64,000 nucleotides of DNA, from NCBI GenBank assembly GCA_963692865.2, contig OY843592.1:832001-896000 (forward strand), in the 5' to 3' direction. This DNA is from a bacterium. Its GTDB lineage: Bacteria > UBA8248. Of this stretch, positions 41,502 through 50,877 are shown one piece after another. The notes under the pieces are model-generated. The model did not search any database and was not told the origin of the DNA. It worked only from the letters and a program-made list of their open reading frames with translations. Each line of letters begins with the position of its first letter. Within the stretch, counting starts at the first letter, position 1. The translations under genes were made by a program, and so were the position numbers.

Positions 41502-42530
41502 CTACGCGGCGGCGACTTCTCCTTCCATCGCGTCCTCGTACGCTCCCGTGCGCGCGGCGCCGTTGCACTTGCACCGATGGAGGAAGAGCCTCTGGGCGAG
41601 GGGTACGTTCGCCGCATCCCCGCCCCAGCTCTTGAGCGCGGGCGCCTGCAGCGCGCGGCCGTAGGAGAAGCTGAGCTCCCAGGGGTGGGGCCCCATCGCG
41701 TTCATGGCGTTTAAGTGCGCGGTGGCGACGGCGTCGCTCTGCCCGCCCGAGAGGAAGCAGATGCCGGGCACGGCGGCGGGCACGTTTCTCGTGAGAGAGC
41801 GGACGGTGGCCTCGGCCACTTCCACCACGCCCGCCTGGGCCGGGCATTTCTTGCCCGAGATCACCATGTTGGGTTTCAGGATCATGCCCTCGAGCGAGAC
41901 GCGGTGTTGGTGCAGGGCGTGGAAGACGCTCTCGAGCGTATCGTTCGTCACCGCCTCGCAGACCTCGATGGTGTTGTCCGCGTCCATGAGCACCTCGGGC
42001 TCCACGATGGGCACGAGGCCCGCCTCCTGGGAGAGCGCGGCGTAGCGCGCGAGGCCGTGCGCGTTGGCGTCCATGCAATACGAAGACGGGATTCCCTCGC
42101 CGATGGTGATGACGGCGCGCCACTTCGTGAACTTGGCGCCGAGCGTGACGTACTCGCTAAGCCGTTCGCGCAGGCCGTCGAGGCCCTCGGTGACCTTCTC
42201 GCCCGGAGCGAAGGCGAGGTCCCTGGCGCCCTTGTCGACCTTGATGCCGGGGAGGATGCCGCGCGAGGCGAGCAGCGCGCCGAAGTTCGTCCCGTCCGCC
42301 GCGCTCTGGCGCAGCGTCTCGTCGAAGAGGATGACGCCGCTGATGTATTCCTCGATTCCCGCCGTCGTGAAGAGAAGTTCGCGATAGGCGCGCCGGTTCT
42401 CCTCGGTGGATTCGACGTTTATGCCGTCGAGGCGCTTTTGGATCGTGCCCGAACTCTCGTCCGCCGCGAGGATGCCTTTGCCGGGCGCCACCATCTGCTC
42501 CGCGATTGCCGCCAGGTCGTTCGTGCTCAT
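41502..42530 (-). CDS. Fructose-bisphosphate aldolase class I (glycolytic/eukaryote-type family)
   Basis: [52 protein letters not shown]. Confidence 0.96.
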   Translation of the reverse strand: MSTNDLAAIAEQMVAPGKGILAADESSGTIQKRLDGINVESTEENRRAYRELLFTTAGIEEYISGVILFDETLRQSAADGTNFGALLASRGILPGIKVDKGARDLAFAPGEKVTEGLDGLRERLSEYVTLGAKFTKWRAVITIGEGIPSSYCMDANAHGLARYAALSQEAGLVPIVEPEVLMDADNTIEVCEAVTNDTLESVFHALHQHRVSLEGMILKPNMVISGKKCPAQAGVVEVAEATVRSLTRNVPAAVPGICFLSGGQSDAVATAHLNAMNAMGPHPWELSFSYGRALQAPALKSWGGDAANVPLAQRLFLHRCKCNGAARTGAYEDAMEGEVAAA

Positions 42531-42799
42531 GATTTTGCTCCTGCAAGAATTGCCGGTGAGGTGGAAAATTCAAGGGGAATTCCCCGTCCGGGGGGTTCCC
42601 GCACGCCGTCGCTTTTCGCTTTTGGATGCGTCGACGGGGTTTCGGGTTTCGGCTCCGAAGCGGCCCGCTCGCCGTTCGATCGTCCGGTTCGGAACAGGAC
42701 AATCCATCGCGCGTGAAGAATAGCAAAACCATGCCGAATTAGGAAACCGCCGCTCGGGTGGAAATCATTTTCCCGTCGTGGTCGAATGGGTTCTCCCGC

Positions 42800-43375
42800 C
42801 CGGGTGGTTGTTGAATAAGTCCCGGTAAATTAGGGTTCAACGCGACCGACGAGAACAAGAAAAACACTCCCCCCTTGAGGGGGAGTCAACGAGGCAAGGG
42901 CGTAGCCCGCAGGCGAGTTGGTGGTGGGGAGCTTTTTCAGTGGAATGTCCCCCCACCGAATCGGCCTTCGCACAATTCGCTCGGCCTCTTCGTCGGGCTT
43001 TCCCCTCGGGAAGCCCGACCCTCAACGGGTTGTTGAAAAAGCCTGTTTCACGAGCGGGCGGACACACAGGTCCGCCCCTACGCAAAACGAGATGGGGTTG
43101 TAGGGGCGGACCTGTGTGTCCGCCCGAATGGCCCGAAAGAACGAGGGCGGAGTGTAGGGGCCGCATACATGCGGCCCGTGTAGTGGGCGAAAAAAGGCCG
43201 GGACGCATATATGCGTCCCCTACACCCTCTCCTCAGAAGGACTTTTTCAACAGCCCCTCAAGGGGGGAGTTATTCTCTTCTCTCTCGTTGGCTGTCAATG
43301 CTGTACAAAGGTGAAGTCCGCAGCCACGCCAACGGTGGTCAACTCCGAGCGAGGAGGGACTTTTCAACAACCCCC
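42800..43375. repeat. Intergenic repeat cluster with a MITE nested in a CCCCCTTGAGGGGG element
   Basis: 42865-43025 is a reverse homologue of 1740-1900; GTTGTTGAAAAAG (43029) ... TTTTTCAACAGCCCC (about 43243-43257) encloses several GTAG palindromes. Confidence 0.8.
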
Positions 43376-43417
43376 GGAGGAGAGGTATCCGGTGTCTCGT
43401 TTTTTCCGGGCGCGTCC

Positions 43418-44572
43418 ATGAGCGCGCAAGCCCCAGGCGCGATCCCCTTCTGGCGGATGCCCGCGTTTTATTTCCTGCATTTTTTCGCAGTCGGCGTCAT
43501 GCTCCCGTTTCTGAACATCTTTTATCATTCAGTCGGCGTGAGCGGGTTCCAGCTCGGCCTGCTGAACGCGGCGCCGCGTCTCTCGAGCGCGCTGGCGCCG
43601 CCTCTGTTCGGAGCGCTCGCGGACAAGTTCCGCCTGGGCCGAAGCGTGGCCTTCACGTGCGCCGTCGCGAGTTCTTTGCTCGCGCTCCTCCTGTGGGGGG
43701 CGAGCGGTTTTTTGGCGCTCCTCACATTGATCATGCTCTTCTCCGCGCTCAGAGCCCCCCTCGTGCCGATAGCCGAGAACCTCTGCCTGCGCGAGATAGA
43801 GGCCACGGGCGCGCAGTACGGCCGGGTGCGCCTGTGGGGTTCGCTGGGCTTCATCGTCGCGGCGATGGGCGCGGGCCGCCTTGTGGAGACCACCGGGGTC
43901 GCCTCCATCTTTCCGTTCGTGGCGTGCGTGGGACTCGCGCTCGTTTTCGTCATCTTTCACCTGCCGAAGGAGACGGGCGCGGCAAGACCCCGCTTCCGGG
44001 CCGACCTGCGTCTCCTGCTCGGGAACGGCCCGTTGGCCGTCTTCCTCCTCACCACCACGTTCGCCTCGGTGTCCGCGGGGCCGTTCGGGATTTACTTCAG
44101 CATCAGGCTCAAGGAACTCGGGCTTTCGGCGGACCTGATCGCCCTGGCGTGGACGGTGGGCGTGGTGAGCGAAATCGTTTTTCTCGTCTACGCGCAGGCC
44201 ATCCAGAAAAGGTTCGGCCTCAAGTGGATGATAGCCGCCGGCATGATAGCCGCAGGACTCAGGTGGGAGTTCGTCGCCCTCACGACGGACGCTCTTCTGC
44301 TCATCCTCATCCAGCTCCTGCACGGCGTCGCCTTCGGCGTATTCCACGCGGGCGCGATCCAGTACGTCGACCGCCTGAGCGGCCCGGCGACCAAGAACAC
44401 CGCGCAGTCCCTCTACAGCGCCGCCACCTGGGGGGCTGGCTCCACAATCGGCGCGCTGCTGGCGGGCTGGCTGCTCCCGATATGGGGGTTCGTGGCGCTG
44501 CTCCACGTCGCCGCCGGGGTGGCGCTGTGCGCCGGGCTGGCCTTCGCCGTTTTGGGAGAAAACGTGGAGTGA
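43418..44572 (+). CDS. MFS transporter (MFS_1-like / HcaT type)
   Basis: FGALADKF, YGRVRLWGSLGF, QLLHGVAFG, AQSLY. Confidence 0.9.
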   Translation: MSAQAPGAIPFWRMPAFYFLHFFAVGVMLPFLNIFYHSVGVSGFQLGLLNAAPRLSSALAPPLFGALADKFRLGRSVAFTCAVASSLLALLLWGASGFLALLTLIMLFSALRAPLVPIAENLCLREIEATGAQYGRVRLWGSLGFIVAAMGAGRLVETTGVASIFPFVACVGLALVFVIFHLPKETGAARPRFRADLRLLLGNGPLAVFLLTTTFASVSAGPFGIYFSIRLKELGLSADLIALAWTVGVVSEIVFLVYAQAIQKRFGLKWMIAAGMIAAGLRWEFVALTTDALLLILIQLLHGVAFGVFHAGAIQYVDRLSGPATKNTAQSLYSAATWGAGSTIGALLAGWLLPIWGFVALLHVAAGVALCAGLAFAVLGENVE

Positions 44573-44628
44573 GGCCGCGCGCCTCTTTTTGTTGATACAG
44601 GGATGGACAGGAATTAGATGGAGGTTGA

Positions 44629-45120
44629 GTGGAAATGAAAGCGGAAACCCTAGTACTTAAAATGCCCGGTGAAATGCTGAAACGTGGTTTTTGGCTCTAC
44701 GTTTGGCGAATCAAGACTCCAAAAGGAGTGATGTTGTATGTAGGACGAACTGGCGATAGTTCATCACCTAATGCTAATCCACCTTATTTGCGTATGGGCC
44801 AGCATCTTGGGAATAACGAAAAGCAAAACGCTCTTCGTCGCCAACTCTTGAAAGTAGGTGTTAAACCTGAAGATTGTGATTCTTTCGAATTGATTTCACA
44901 CGGGCCGCTCTTTCCTGAAAAAAGCAACTTTGAAGCGCACAAGCGGCCAAGGGATATTGTAGCAGCGCTTGAAAAACGACTACGTGATAGCCTCTCTGAA
45001 GCTGGATACCAGATACTCAATACCGTGCACTGCCGAAAAGAATTGGATAAAAAGCGGTGGCGGGATGTTCACGCTGCTTTTAGTGAATACTTTCCGAAAA
45101 TGAAATCAGGAAAAGTTTAA
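44629..45120 (+). CDS. Hypothetical protein, GIY-YIG-like
   Basis: WLYVW...LYVGRTG...RMGQH pattern; AT-rich relative to neighbours. Confidence 0.55.
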   Translation: MEMKAETLVLKMPGEMLKRGFWLYVWRIKTPKGVMLYVGRTGDSSSPNANPPYLRMGQHLGNNEKQNALRRQLLKVGVKPEDCDSFELISHGPLFPEKSNFEAHKRPRDIVAALEKRLRDSLSEAGYQILNTVHCRKELDKKRWRDVHAAFSEYFPKMKSGKV

Positions 45121-45269
45121 TCGGCTCTGTCATCTGTAATCTTTTTGGAAGAAAGACATTGCCTCCGCCGGGAGCGCCCGTGCTGGACGGCCCCTCTCCT
45201 CGTGTGGGAGTATGGCGCGCGCTCCCTTATCGACGGCGCGAGGCGAACGGGAGAGGAGAGAGAGTAAGC

Positions 45270-45749
45270 GTGGCGAAAAAGACCCTGTATCTGGCGAGTC
45301 CCTATGGTTTTTCCTTACAGCAGCGCGAGGGACCCTTGAGAGCGCTCGTGGCGGCGCTCGAAGCCGCGGGCGCGGAGGTATGGGAGCCGTTCACGCGCAA
45401 CAACCAGCCCGAGATGCTCGCCCGCCCCGGCTGGGCCTACCGCGTCGGCCAGGACGACAAGCGCGACGTGCGCGAGGCGGCGGGCTTTTTCGGCGTGGTG
45501 AACGGCTGCCCGCCCGATGAGGGCGTCATGGTGGAACTCGGCATGGCGGTCGCCTGGGAAAAGCCGGTGTTCTTGTTCCGCGACGACTTCAGGCGCTCCA
45601 CCGATTGCGAGAGCTATCCGCTGAACCTCATGATCTTCACCGGCCTGCCCGAAGTGGGCTGGGAGAACTACTTCTATACCTCGCTCGATGAGATCGCAGA
45701 CCCCGAAAAGGCCCTCGCCCGCTGGCTCAGGGATGAGCCGCTGCCGTGA
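45270..45749 (+). CDS. Nucleoside 2-deoxyribosyltransferase-like protein
   Basis: LYLASPYGFS, PDEGVMVELGMAVAWEKPV, LNLMI. Confidence 0.85.
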   Translation: MAKKTLYLASPYGFSLQQREGPLRALVAALEAAGAEVWEPFTRNNQPEMLARPGWAYRVGQDDKRDVREAAGFFGVVNGCPPDEGVMVELGMAVAWEKPVFLFRDDFRRSTDCESYPLNLMIFTGLPEVGWENYFYTSLDEIADPEKALARWLRDEPLP

Positions 45750-46132
45750 GGAGTGTGCAAACACCACCCCTTCGGGGCTGTTGAAAAAGTTACGAATTCG
45801 AGATTCAGCACATGGAGCCGCCAAAGTAAGAAGGAGACAATACTCCCCCTGTGTAGAGCACTTAACAACCACTCCCCCCTTGAGGGTCTGGCTTCCCGAG
45901 GGGAAAGCCAGACGATGAAGCCGAGCGGTTTGTGCGAAGGCTGAATCGGTGGGGGGTGAATCGCGTTTTATTGCGTATTTCGAGTTATACCCCCCACCGG
46001 TTTGCTTGCGGGCTTGCGCCCTTAGCTCACCGACTCCCCCTCAAGGGGGGAGTGGTTCATCCCTACCCACACGGGGTTTTTCAACAACCCCCCTTCCGCC
46101 TGTTTTGATTCTTAGAGTTCCAGAATTGGTTT

Positions 46133-46819
46133 TTAAGCCTCGAAGATAAGCTCTCTATGGTGGTGGCCTTTGATCCGATAGACTCGTTCAACGTAATCCA
46201 TGATATCCGGGATGCTGTAGTCAACACATAGTTCAACGACACGTTCTCCACGTATTCTCTTTTTCTTTTTTCGCCAATATTCGTAAGGGTAGTCTGGAAT
46301 TCGTTGGAATGTATTTTCGTCTCTGGCTGCTGGCTTAGGGTATCTCGTGCAACCGCTATTGATCGGACAGAGCCATACTTTGTCAAAATATTTTTCTACA
46401 ATCCTACGCGTGTCAACAACTAATACTTCATGTTCGCTATCGCGATATGGAGCAGCATTTGTTATGCGATGCAGACGTTCCTCTGTCAGCCAAAAGAACA
46501 CTCTTGAGTTGAGTAGCCTATACCAATCAGAAGGTGAAATGCGGCTCGGAAGGCAACGCCGTAATCCTGGATCGTCCATCGGTTTCTGGTCCCGCATCAC
46601 AGCTCGGGGTAAGTTTGTATGTATAAGTTCTACACAAAAAGGTCGTCTTTGGGATTCAACTTTTTCACGCTTCGCTCCACTAATGCCGTAAAGGTCAAGT
46701 AGAGCTGACGTGCTCAGAAGGCCATTCTCGGTGATGCCTTTCCAGGATCCAGAATCCGCCGCATGGTAGAGTTTCGGGCAATCTGCGATCAGTTCTTCCA
46801 ACTCAACATTGGTCACCAT
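46133..46819 (-). CDS. DUF7002-like protein, possible DarT/ADP-ribosyltransferase fold
   Basis: LYH...I..NGLLS, RDQKPM, LNSRVFFW, INSG, VELCV; AT-rich. Confidence 0.6.
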   Translation of the reverse strand: MVTNVELEELIADCPKLYHAADSGSWKGITENGLLSTSALLDLYGISGAKREKVESQRRPFCVELIHTNLPRAVMRDQKPMDDPGLRRCLPSRISPSDWYRLLNSRVFFWLTEERLHRITNAAPYRDSEHEVLVVDTRRIVEKYFDKVWLCPINSGCTRYPKPAARDENTFQRIPDYPYEYWRKKKKRIRGERVVELCVDYSIPDIMDYVERVYRIKGHHHRELIFEA

Positions 46820-46922
46820 GCACTCCTATTTGACACACTGTTTGGCGGCGTATGTGTTCTTGTAAGCATTTAATTATTATGCAGTTATGAATCTTTTTTC
46901 CAAAATTCCACGTCTAAATTCC

Positions 46923-46958
46923 CGTTATTTGACACGTTATTTGACACGCTATTTGGCA
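46923..46958 (+). repeat. 12-bp tandem repeat x3
   Basis: CGTTATTTGACA CGTTATTTGACA CGCTATTTGGCA; related CTATTTGACA at 46826-46835. Confidence 0.8.
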
Positions 46959-47001
46959 GGATATTAAGGATTGTCAAAAAGCTTATCGAGACGTGGAGGT
47001 T

Positions 47002-47232
47002 TCACCCCTTCCTGATAACGACGCGCACGCGGCCATCCGGGTCCGGCGCCGCGCTCTCGACGGCGTGGCCCTCGGCGGCGGCGCTTTTGGGGACGCTGGT
47101 GGCGGCCTCGCCCGCGTCGAGCCATACTTCGAGGGTATCGCCCGGCGCCATCGCCTCGAGCGCGAGCTTGGTCCGCACCCAGTTCATGGGGCATATCTCG
47201 CCCGTGAGGTCGATGGTTTCGGCGCGGCGCAT
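47002..47232 (-). CDS. TusA/SirA family sulfurtransferase
   Basis: IDLTGEICPM...KLALE..APGDTLEV. Confidence 0.88.
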   Translation of the reverse strand: MRRAETIDLTGEICPMNWVRTKLALEAMAPGDTLEVWLDAGEAATSVPKSAAAEGHAVESAAPDPDGRVRVVIRKG

Positions 47233-47258
47233 TTTCGGCTCCTCATGAGGTTCGTCCG

Positions 47259-47993
47259 ATGTCCGATATTGCCATCTTTTTGACCGGAACGGGAACCGGC
47301 GTGGGAAAGACGGTGGCGGGCTGCGTCATCGCGGCCCGCTGGGCGGCCGAGAAGAGAAGCCCCAGGGTGATGAAGCCCGCCGAATCGGCCTGCGCGCTTG
47401 TGGATGGTCGCCTCGTTCCCCGCGACGCCCTCGCCCTCAAGACGGCGGCGGGCGACCCGCGGCCCTTGGAGGAGATTTGCCCCTACAGATACGAAGTTCC
47501 TCTGACCCCCGCCCATGCGGCGGAGCGCGAGGGCGCGCCGCCGGACGTAGATCGCATAATCGGCTCGATAAAAGCCCTGAAAAAAGAAGGTGGCCCCCTG
47601 CTCGTAGAAGGCGCGGGCGGTCTTCTCGCTCCCTTGGCCCAAGGCGTCTTGATGAGCGATTTGGCCTTGGCCGCGAATCTGCTTCTCGTGCTCGTCGCTC
47701 AGCTTGAGCTCGGGGCCATCAACCACACCCTGCTCACCGTGCGGGAGGCGAAGAGGCAGGGTCTTCGGATTCTGGGCGTCATTCTTTCCGACACGACGGG
47801 GGAGGCAACGCCTGCGGCGGAGCGAAACCCTGCGGCGGTCGCCGAGCTTTGCGGAGCGGATGCCCCGCTATTGGGCGTGATTCCTTATCTGGCGGAAGCG
47901 GATGAGACCATCGCGCGTGCAACACCGGGTTCTAAGGCCGCTGGCGGGCTCTTGCGCCTGGCGGAGGGTTTGAGACTGGGTGCCCTCGGGTAG
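47259..47993 (+). CDS. bioD: Dethiobiotin synthase
   Basis: TGTGTGVGKT, MKPAES, VEGAGGL, LGAINHTLLT. Confidence 0.93.
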   Translation: MSDIAIFLTGTGTGVGKTVAGCVIAARWAAEKRSPRVMKPAESACALVDGRLVPRDALALKTAAGDPRPLEEICPYRYEVPLTPAHAAEREGAPPDVDRIIGSIKALKKEGGPLLVEGAGGLLAPLAQGVLMSDLALAANLLLVLVAQLELGAINHTLLTVREAKRQGLRILGVILSDTTGEATPAAERNPAAVAELCGADAPLLGVIPYLAEADETIARATPGSKAAGGLLRLAEGLRLGALG

Positions 47994-48014
47994 CGGGGTG
48001 AAGCGGAAGGCTCG

Positions 48015-49004
48015 CTACTTCGCGTGAACGCGCCTGCGCAGGGATTCCACCTGCGGGGGCGTGCCCAGGGCGTAGAGGTGGTCTCCCGCCTGGATTTGAA
48101 AATCGGGGCCCGGGTTGAAGCGCATCTCCCCGCTGCTGTGGCGGATGGAGAGCAGGTACACGCCGGTCTCCTGGCTGATCTTCGATTCCCTGAGCGCCAT
48201 GCCGACGAGATTCGAACCCTCGGGCACGGTCACCTCGTCGAAGTCCAGGTCCGTCGTCGCGTGGCTGGTCACCTCGTCGAGAAAGCCTGCGAGCTTTGGC
48301 CTCAGAACGGACTGCGCCATGTGCATGCCGCCCATGATGTATGGGGAGACCACGCGGTCGGCGCCCGCCGCCTCCATCTTGCTGATGGAACTCGCCAGCG
48401 CAGCGCGGCTCAGGATGTAGAGGTTCGGGTTCAGCGCCCGCGCCGAGAGGGTGACGAACACGTTTTCCGCGTCCGTCGCCAGGGCGCAGACGAGGCTTTT
48501 GGCCTTCTCCACGTTCGCTTCGATGAGCGTTTCATCGCGCGTGGCGTCGCCGAGGATTACCAGTTTCTCCCCCTGATCGAGATGCGAGGCGATGGACTCG
48601 TCGCTCTCGATGATGACGCAGGGCAGCGATTCCCTGGCGTATTCCGCCGCGACGGTGGAGCCGATGCGCCCGTACCCGCAGATGATGTGATGGTTTTCGA
48701 GTTTGTTGAGTTCTTTCACCAGTTTTCGCCTCCCGAAAATCTGACGCACCCGCTCTTCGAACCTCACCTCGGCGATGATCGCGATTCCGTAGAACACGGC
48801 GCCCACGCCAAAGAGCATGAGCGCCACGGTGAACATGCGCCCCGCCGTGCTCAACTCACGCACCTCGTTGAAGCCAACGGTCGTGACGGTGATCATCGTC
48901 ATATAGAAAGACTCGCTGAGAGACCATCCCTCCAGCAGGGTATAGCCTGCCGTGCCGATGATGATGATGCCGACCAGAGATGCGGCGATGTAGGATACAC
49001 CCAA
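48015..49004 (-). CDS. Potassium channel with RCK (TrkA-N/TrkA-C) domains
   Basis: TVTTVGF filter, IICGYGRIG, GDAT, AGADRVVSP. Confidence 0.92.
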   Translation of the reverse strand: MGVSYIAASLVGIIIIGTAGYTLLEGWSLSESFYMTMITVTTVGFNEVRELSTAGRMFTVALMLFGVGAVFYGIAIIAEVRFEERVRQIFGRRKLVKELNKLENHHIICGYGRIGSTVAAEYARESLPCVIIESDESIASHLDQGEKLVILGDATRDETLIEANVEKAKSLVCALATDAENVFVTLSARALNPNLYILSRAALASSISKMEAAGADRVVSPYIMGGMHMAQSVLRPKLAGFLDEVTSHATTDLDFDEVTVPEGSNLVGMALRESKISQETGVYLLSIRHSSGEMRFNPGPDFQIQAGDHLYALGTPPQVESLRRRVHAK

Positions 49005-49126
49005 GGTTTTCCACGCCTTCTATGAATAACCCGTTCTTGATTCACGCTGCGCGAGGTAGATTGTAACCGCACTGGGCGCGCGATGGCGAGGAAGACCGGG
49101 CGAGGCCGCGGCGAAAAGGTTTGTCT

Positions 49127-50053
49127 CTATCTTCTGCTTGCCAGTTCGAACAGCGCGCTCCCGAGCCTCTCTCTCGCTTCGGCGCGGATGGGTTCCGTGG
49201 CCTCGGCGAACGCCGCGCGCTCGGCATCCGTCAGGTCCACGAAGGAGACCCCCTCTTCTTCGAGACTCCTGCGAATCGCAACCTCCCCCGCCTGCGCGGC
49301 CTCTCTTTGGTGGTCGATGGCTTCGCGGATGCTCGCGCGCGCCGCCTCCTGAACCTCGGCGGGCCAGGCGTCGAAGCTCTCGCGGTGGGCGAGCAGGGCG
49401 CGCGCCCCGTAGAAGTGGCCGCTCATCGTGATGCGTCTTTGGTGGTTCGTGACGCCGTAGGTCACGGTGTTGGAGAGCGGATTTTCCTGCGCGTTCACCT
49501 GGCCCGATTCGATCATGGCGATTCCCTCCTTGAGTTCCACCGGCACGGGCTCGGCCCCGAGGAGCTCGAAAGTCCTCACGTGCGTCTCGTTGGGCTGCAG
49601 GCGCACCCGAAGGCCGCGGCAATCCTCGGGCGTCCTCACGTCGCGGACGCTGTTCGAGAGGTGGCGGAAGCCGTTGTCCCAAAAGCCCAGGTTCCTGTAG
49701 CCGGTCTGCGCCTCGATTCGCTCGCTCAAGTGCGCGCCGAGCGCGCCGTCGAGCGCGCCGTAGGCGTGGGCGGAATCCTCGAAGGTGAAAGGCAGGTCGA
49801 CGATCTCAAGCTCCGGCACCCTGTCGGCGAGATAACTCGTCGAGAAATAGCACATTCCGAGCATCCCGCATTCCACCATGGCGAGAAGGTCGGGAGCGCC
49901 GTAGCCGAAATCCATCACGTTCCAGAAGATGTCTATCCTGACGTCATCGCCCAGCCGCTGGCCCATCTTCTCCCGGAAGAGAACCATCGCGCGGCTGTGG
50001 GAGGTATCGGGCGGGGAATAGCCCCCGATGCGGATGTGGACGGGCACGGCCAT
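49127..50053 (-). CDS. TRAP transporter substrate-binding protein (DctP-like)
   Basis: DLPFTF, WDNGFRH, PEDCRGLRVR, AQENPL. Confidence 0.88.
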   Translation of the reverse strand: MAVPVHIRIGGYSPPDTSHSRAMVLFREKMGQRLGDDVRIDIFWNVMDFGYGAPDLLAMVECGMLGMCYFSTSYLADRVPELEIVDLPFTFEDSAHAYGALDGALGAHLSERIEAQTGYRNLGFWDNGFRHLSNSVRDVRTPEDCRGLRVRLQPNETHVRTFELLGAEPVPVELKEGIAMIESGQVNAQENPLSNTVTYGVTNHQRRITMSGHFYGARALLAHRESFDAWPAEVQEAARASIREAIDHQREAAQAGEVAIRRSLEEEGVSFVDLTDAERAAFAEATEPIRAEARERLGSALFELASRR

Positions 50054-50262
50054 CTGAAATCGCTCCTTATCAAAGATTGAGGGTGATGCGCGCTTGAAAA
50101 GCGCGAGCGTATCACATATATCCTCCCTCGCCGAAGGGAACGCGGGCGCTCGCATGATTCTGATGCAGGCGATGAAAACGCCTCCCGGGGTCTTGACGCA
50201 TTCATTCCCCTGGGGCATGTTCCATCCTCTGATTTGTCCTTCCAAGCCGGGGAGATAGAGAA

Positions 50263-50868
50263 ATGTCTTCACTTCAAGCGCAGCTTTTCGTGGAAACCGC
50301 TTCCGTCACGCTGAGTCGCCTGACGAAAGACCTGCAAACCAGGTTCGAGCCCAAGAAGGGGGATCGGTTCAACGTCGAGGGCATCACTTACGAGATCGGC
50401 CCGCCGAAATTCGTGGACGCCGACAGGGCGATTCGCTTCGAGATCAGCTCGAAGATACCGGGTGAGGAACTGCCTACGTCCTATGACCACACCAAGTACT
50501 TCAAGCAAATCGAAAAGCGCAACGACTCGGCGAAAAAGCCCGTTTCCGCCGACATGGAGAACATCGTCCGCGAGACGCGCGACCAGGAGAGAAAAGAAAG
50601 AGACTACGTGAAGCTCACCTATCAGTACGGGGAGAACGAGCTCTATGACGACCGGGACATCCTCAAGGACATCGAGGAGTTGTCGAAAGGAGCGAGCGAG
50701 AAGAAAATGCCGGCCAAGATTCCGGGCGTCACCACCCTGGCGGGCCGCCTGATTCTCGAACGGGTGCAGTCTTCCCTGTATGAGGTGGCGAAAGGGAACG
50801 TCGAGTCGCTCATCGACGCGAACGCGAAAGTGCGCGCGGAACTGAAAAAAAGCGCAAAGAAGAAGTAG
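50263..50868 (+). CDS. Hypothetical protein (201 aa, charged)
   Basis: Host-like codon usage, RBS GGAGA, first gene of a tight operon with nagA. Confidence 0.8.
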   Translation: MSSLQAQLFVETASVTLSRLTKDLQTRFEPKKGDRFNVEGITYEIGPPKFVDADRAIRFEISSKIPGEELPTSYDHTKYFKQIEKRNDSAKKPVSADMENIVRETRDQERKERDYVKLTYQYGENELYDDRDILKDIEELSKGASEKKMPAKIPGVTTLAGRLILERVQSSLYEVAKGNVESLIDANAKVRAELKKSAKKK

Positions 50869-50877
50869 GCCCGCGCC

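Noticed and set aside
41502-42530. Eukaryote-type aldolase as evidence of host-to-bacterium transfer
   Set aside because: This class I family is well known in bacteria; codon usage is host-like and the gene is paired with fbp
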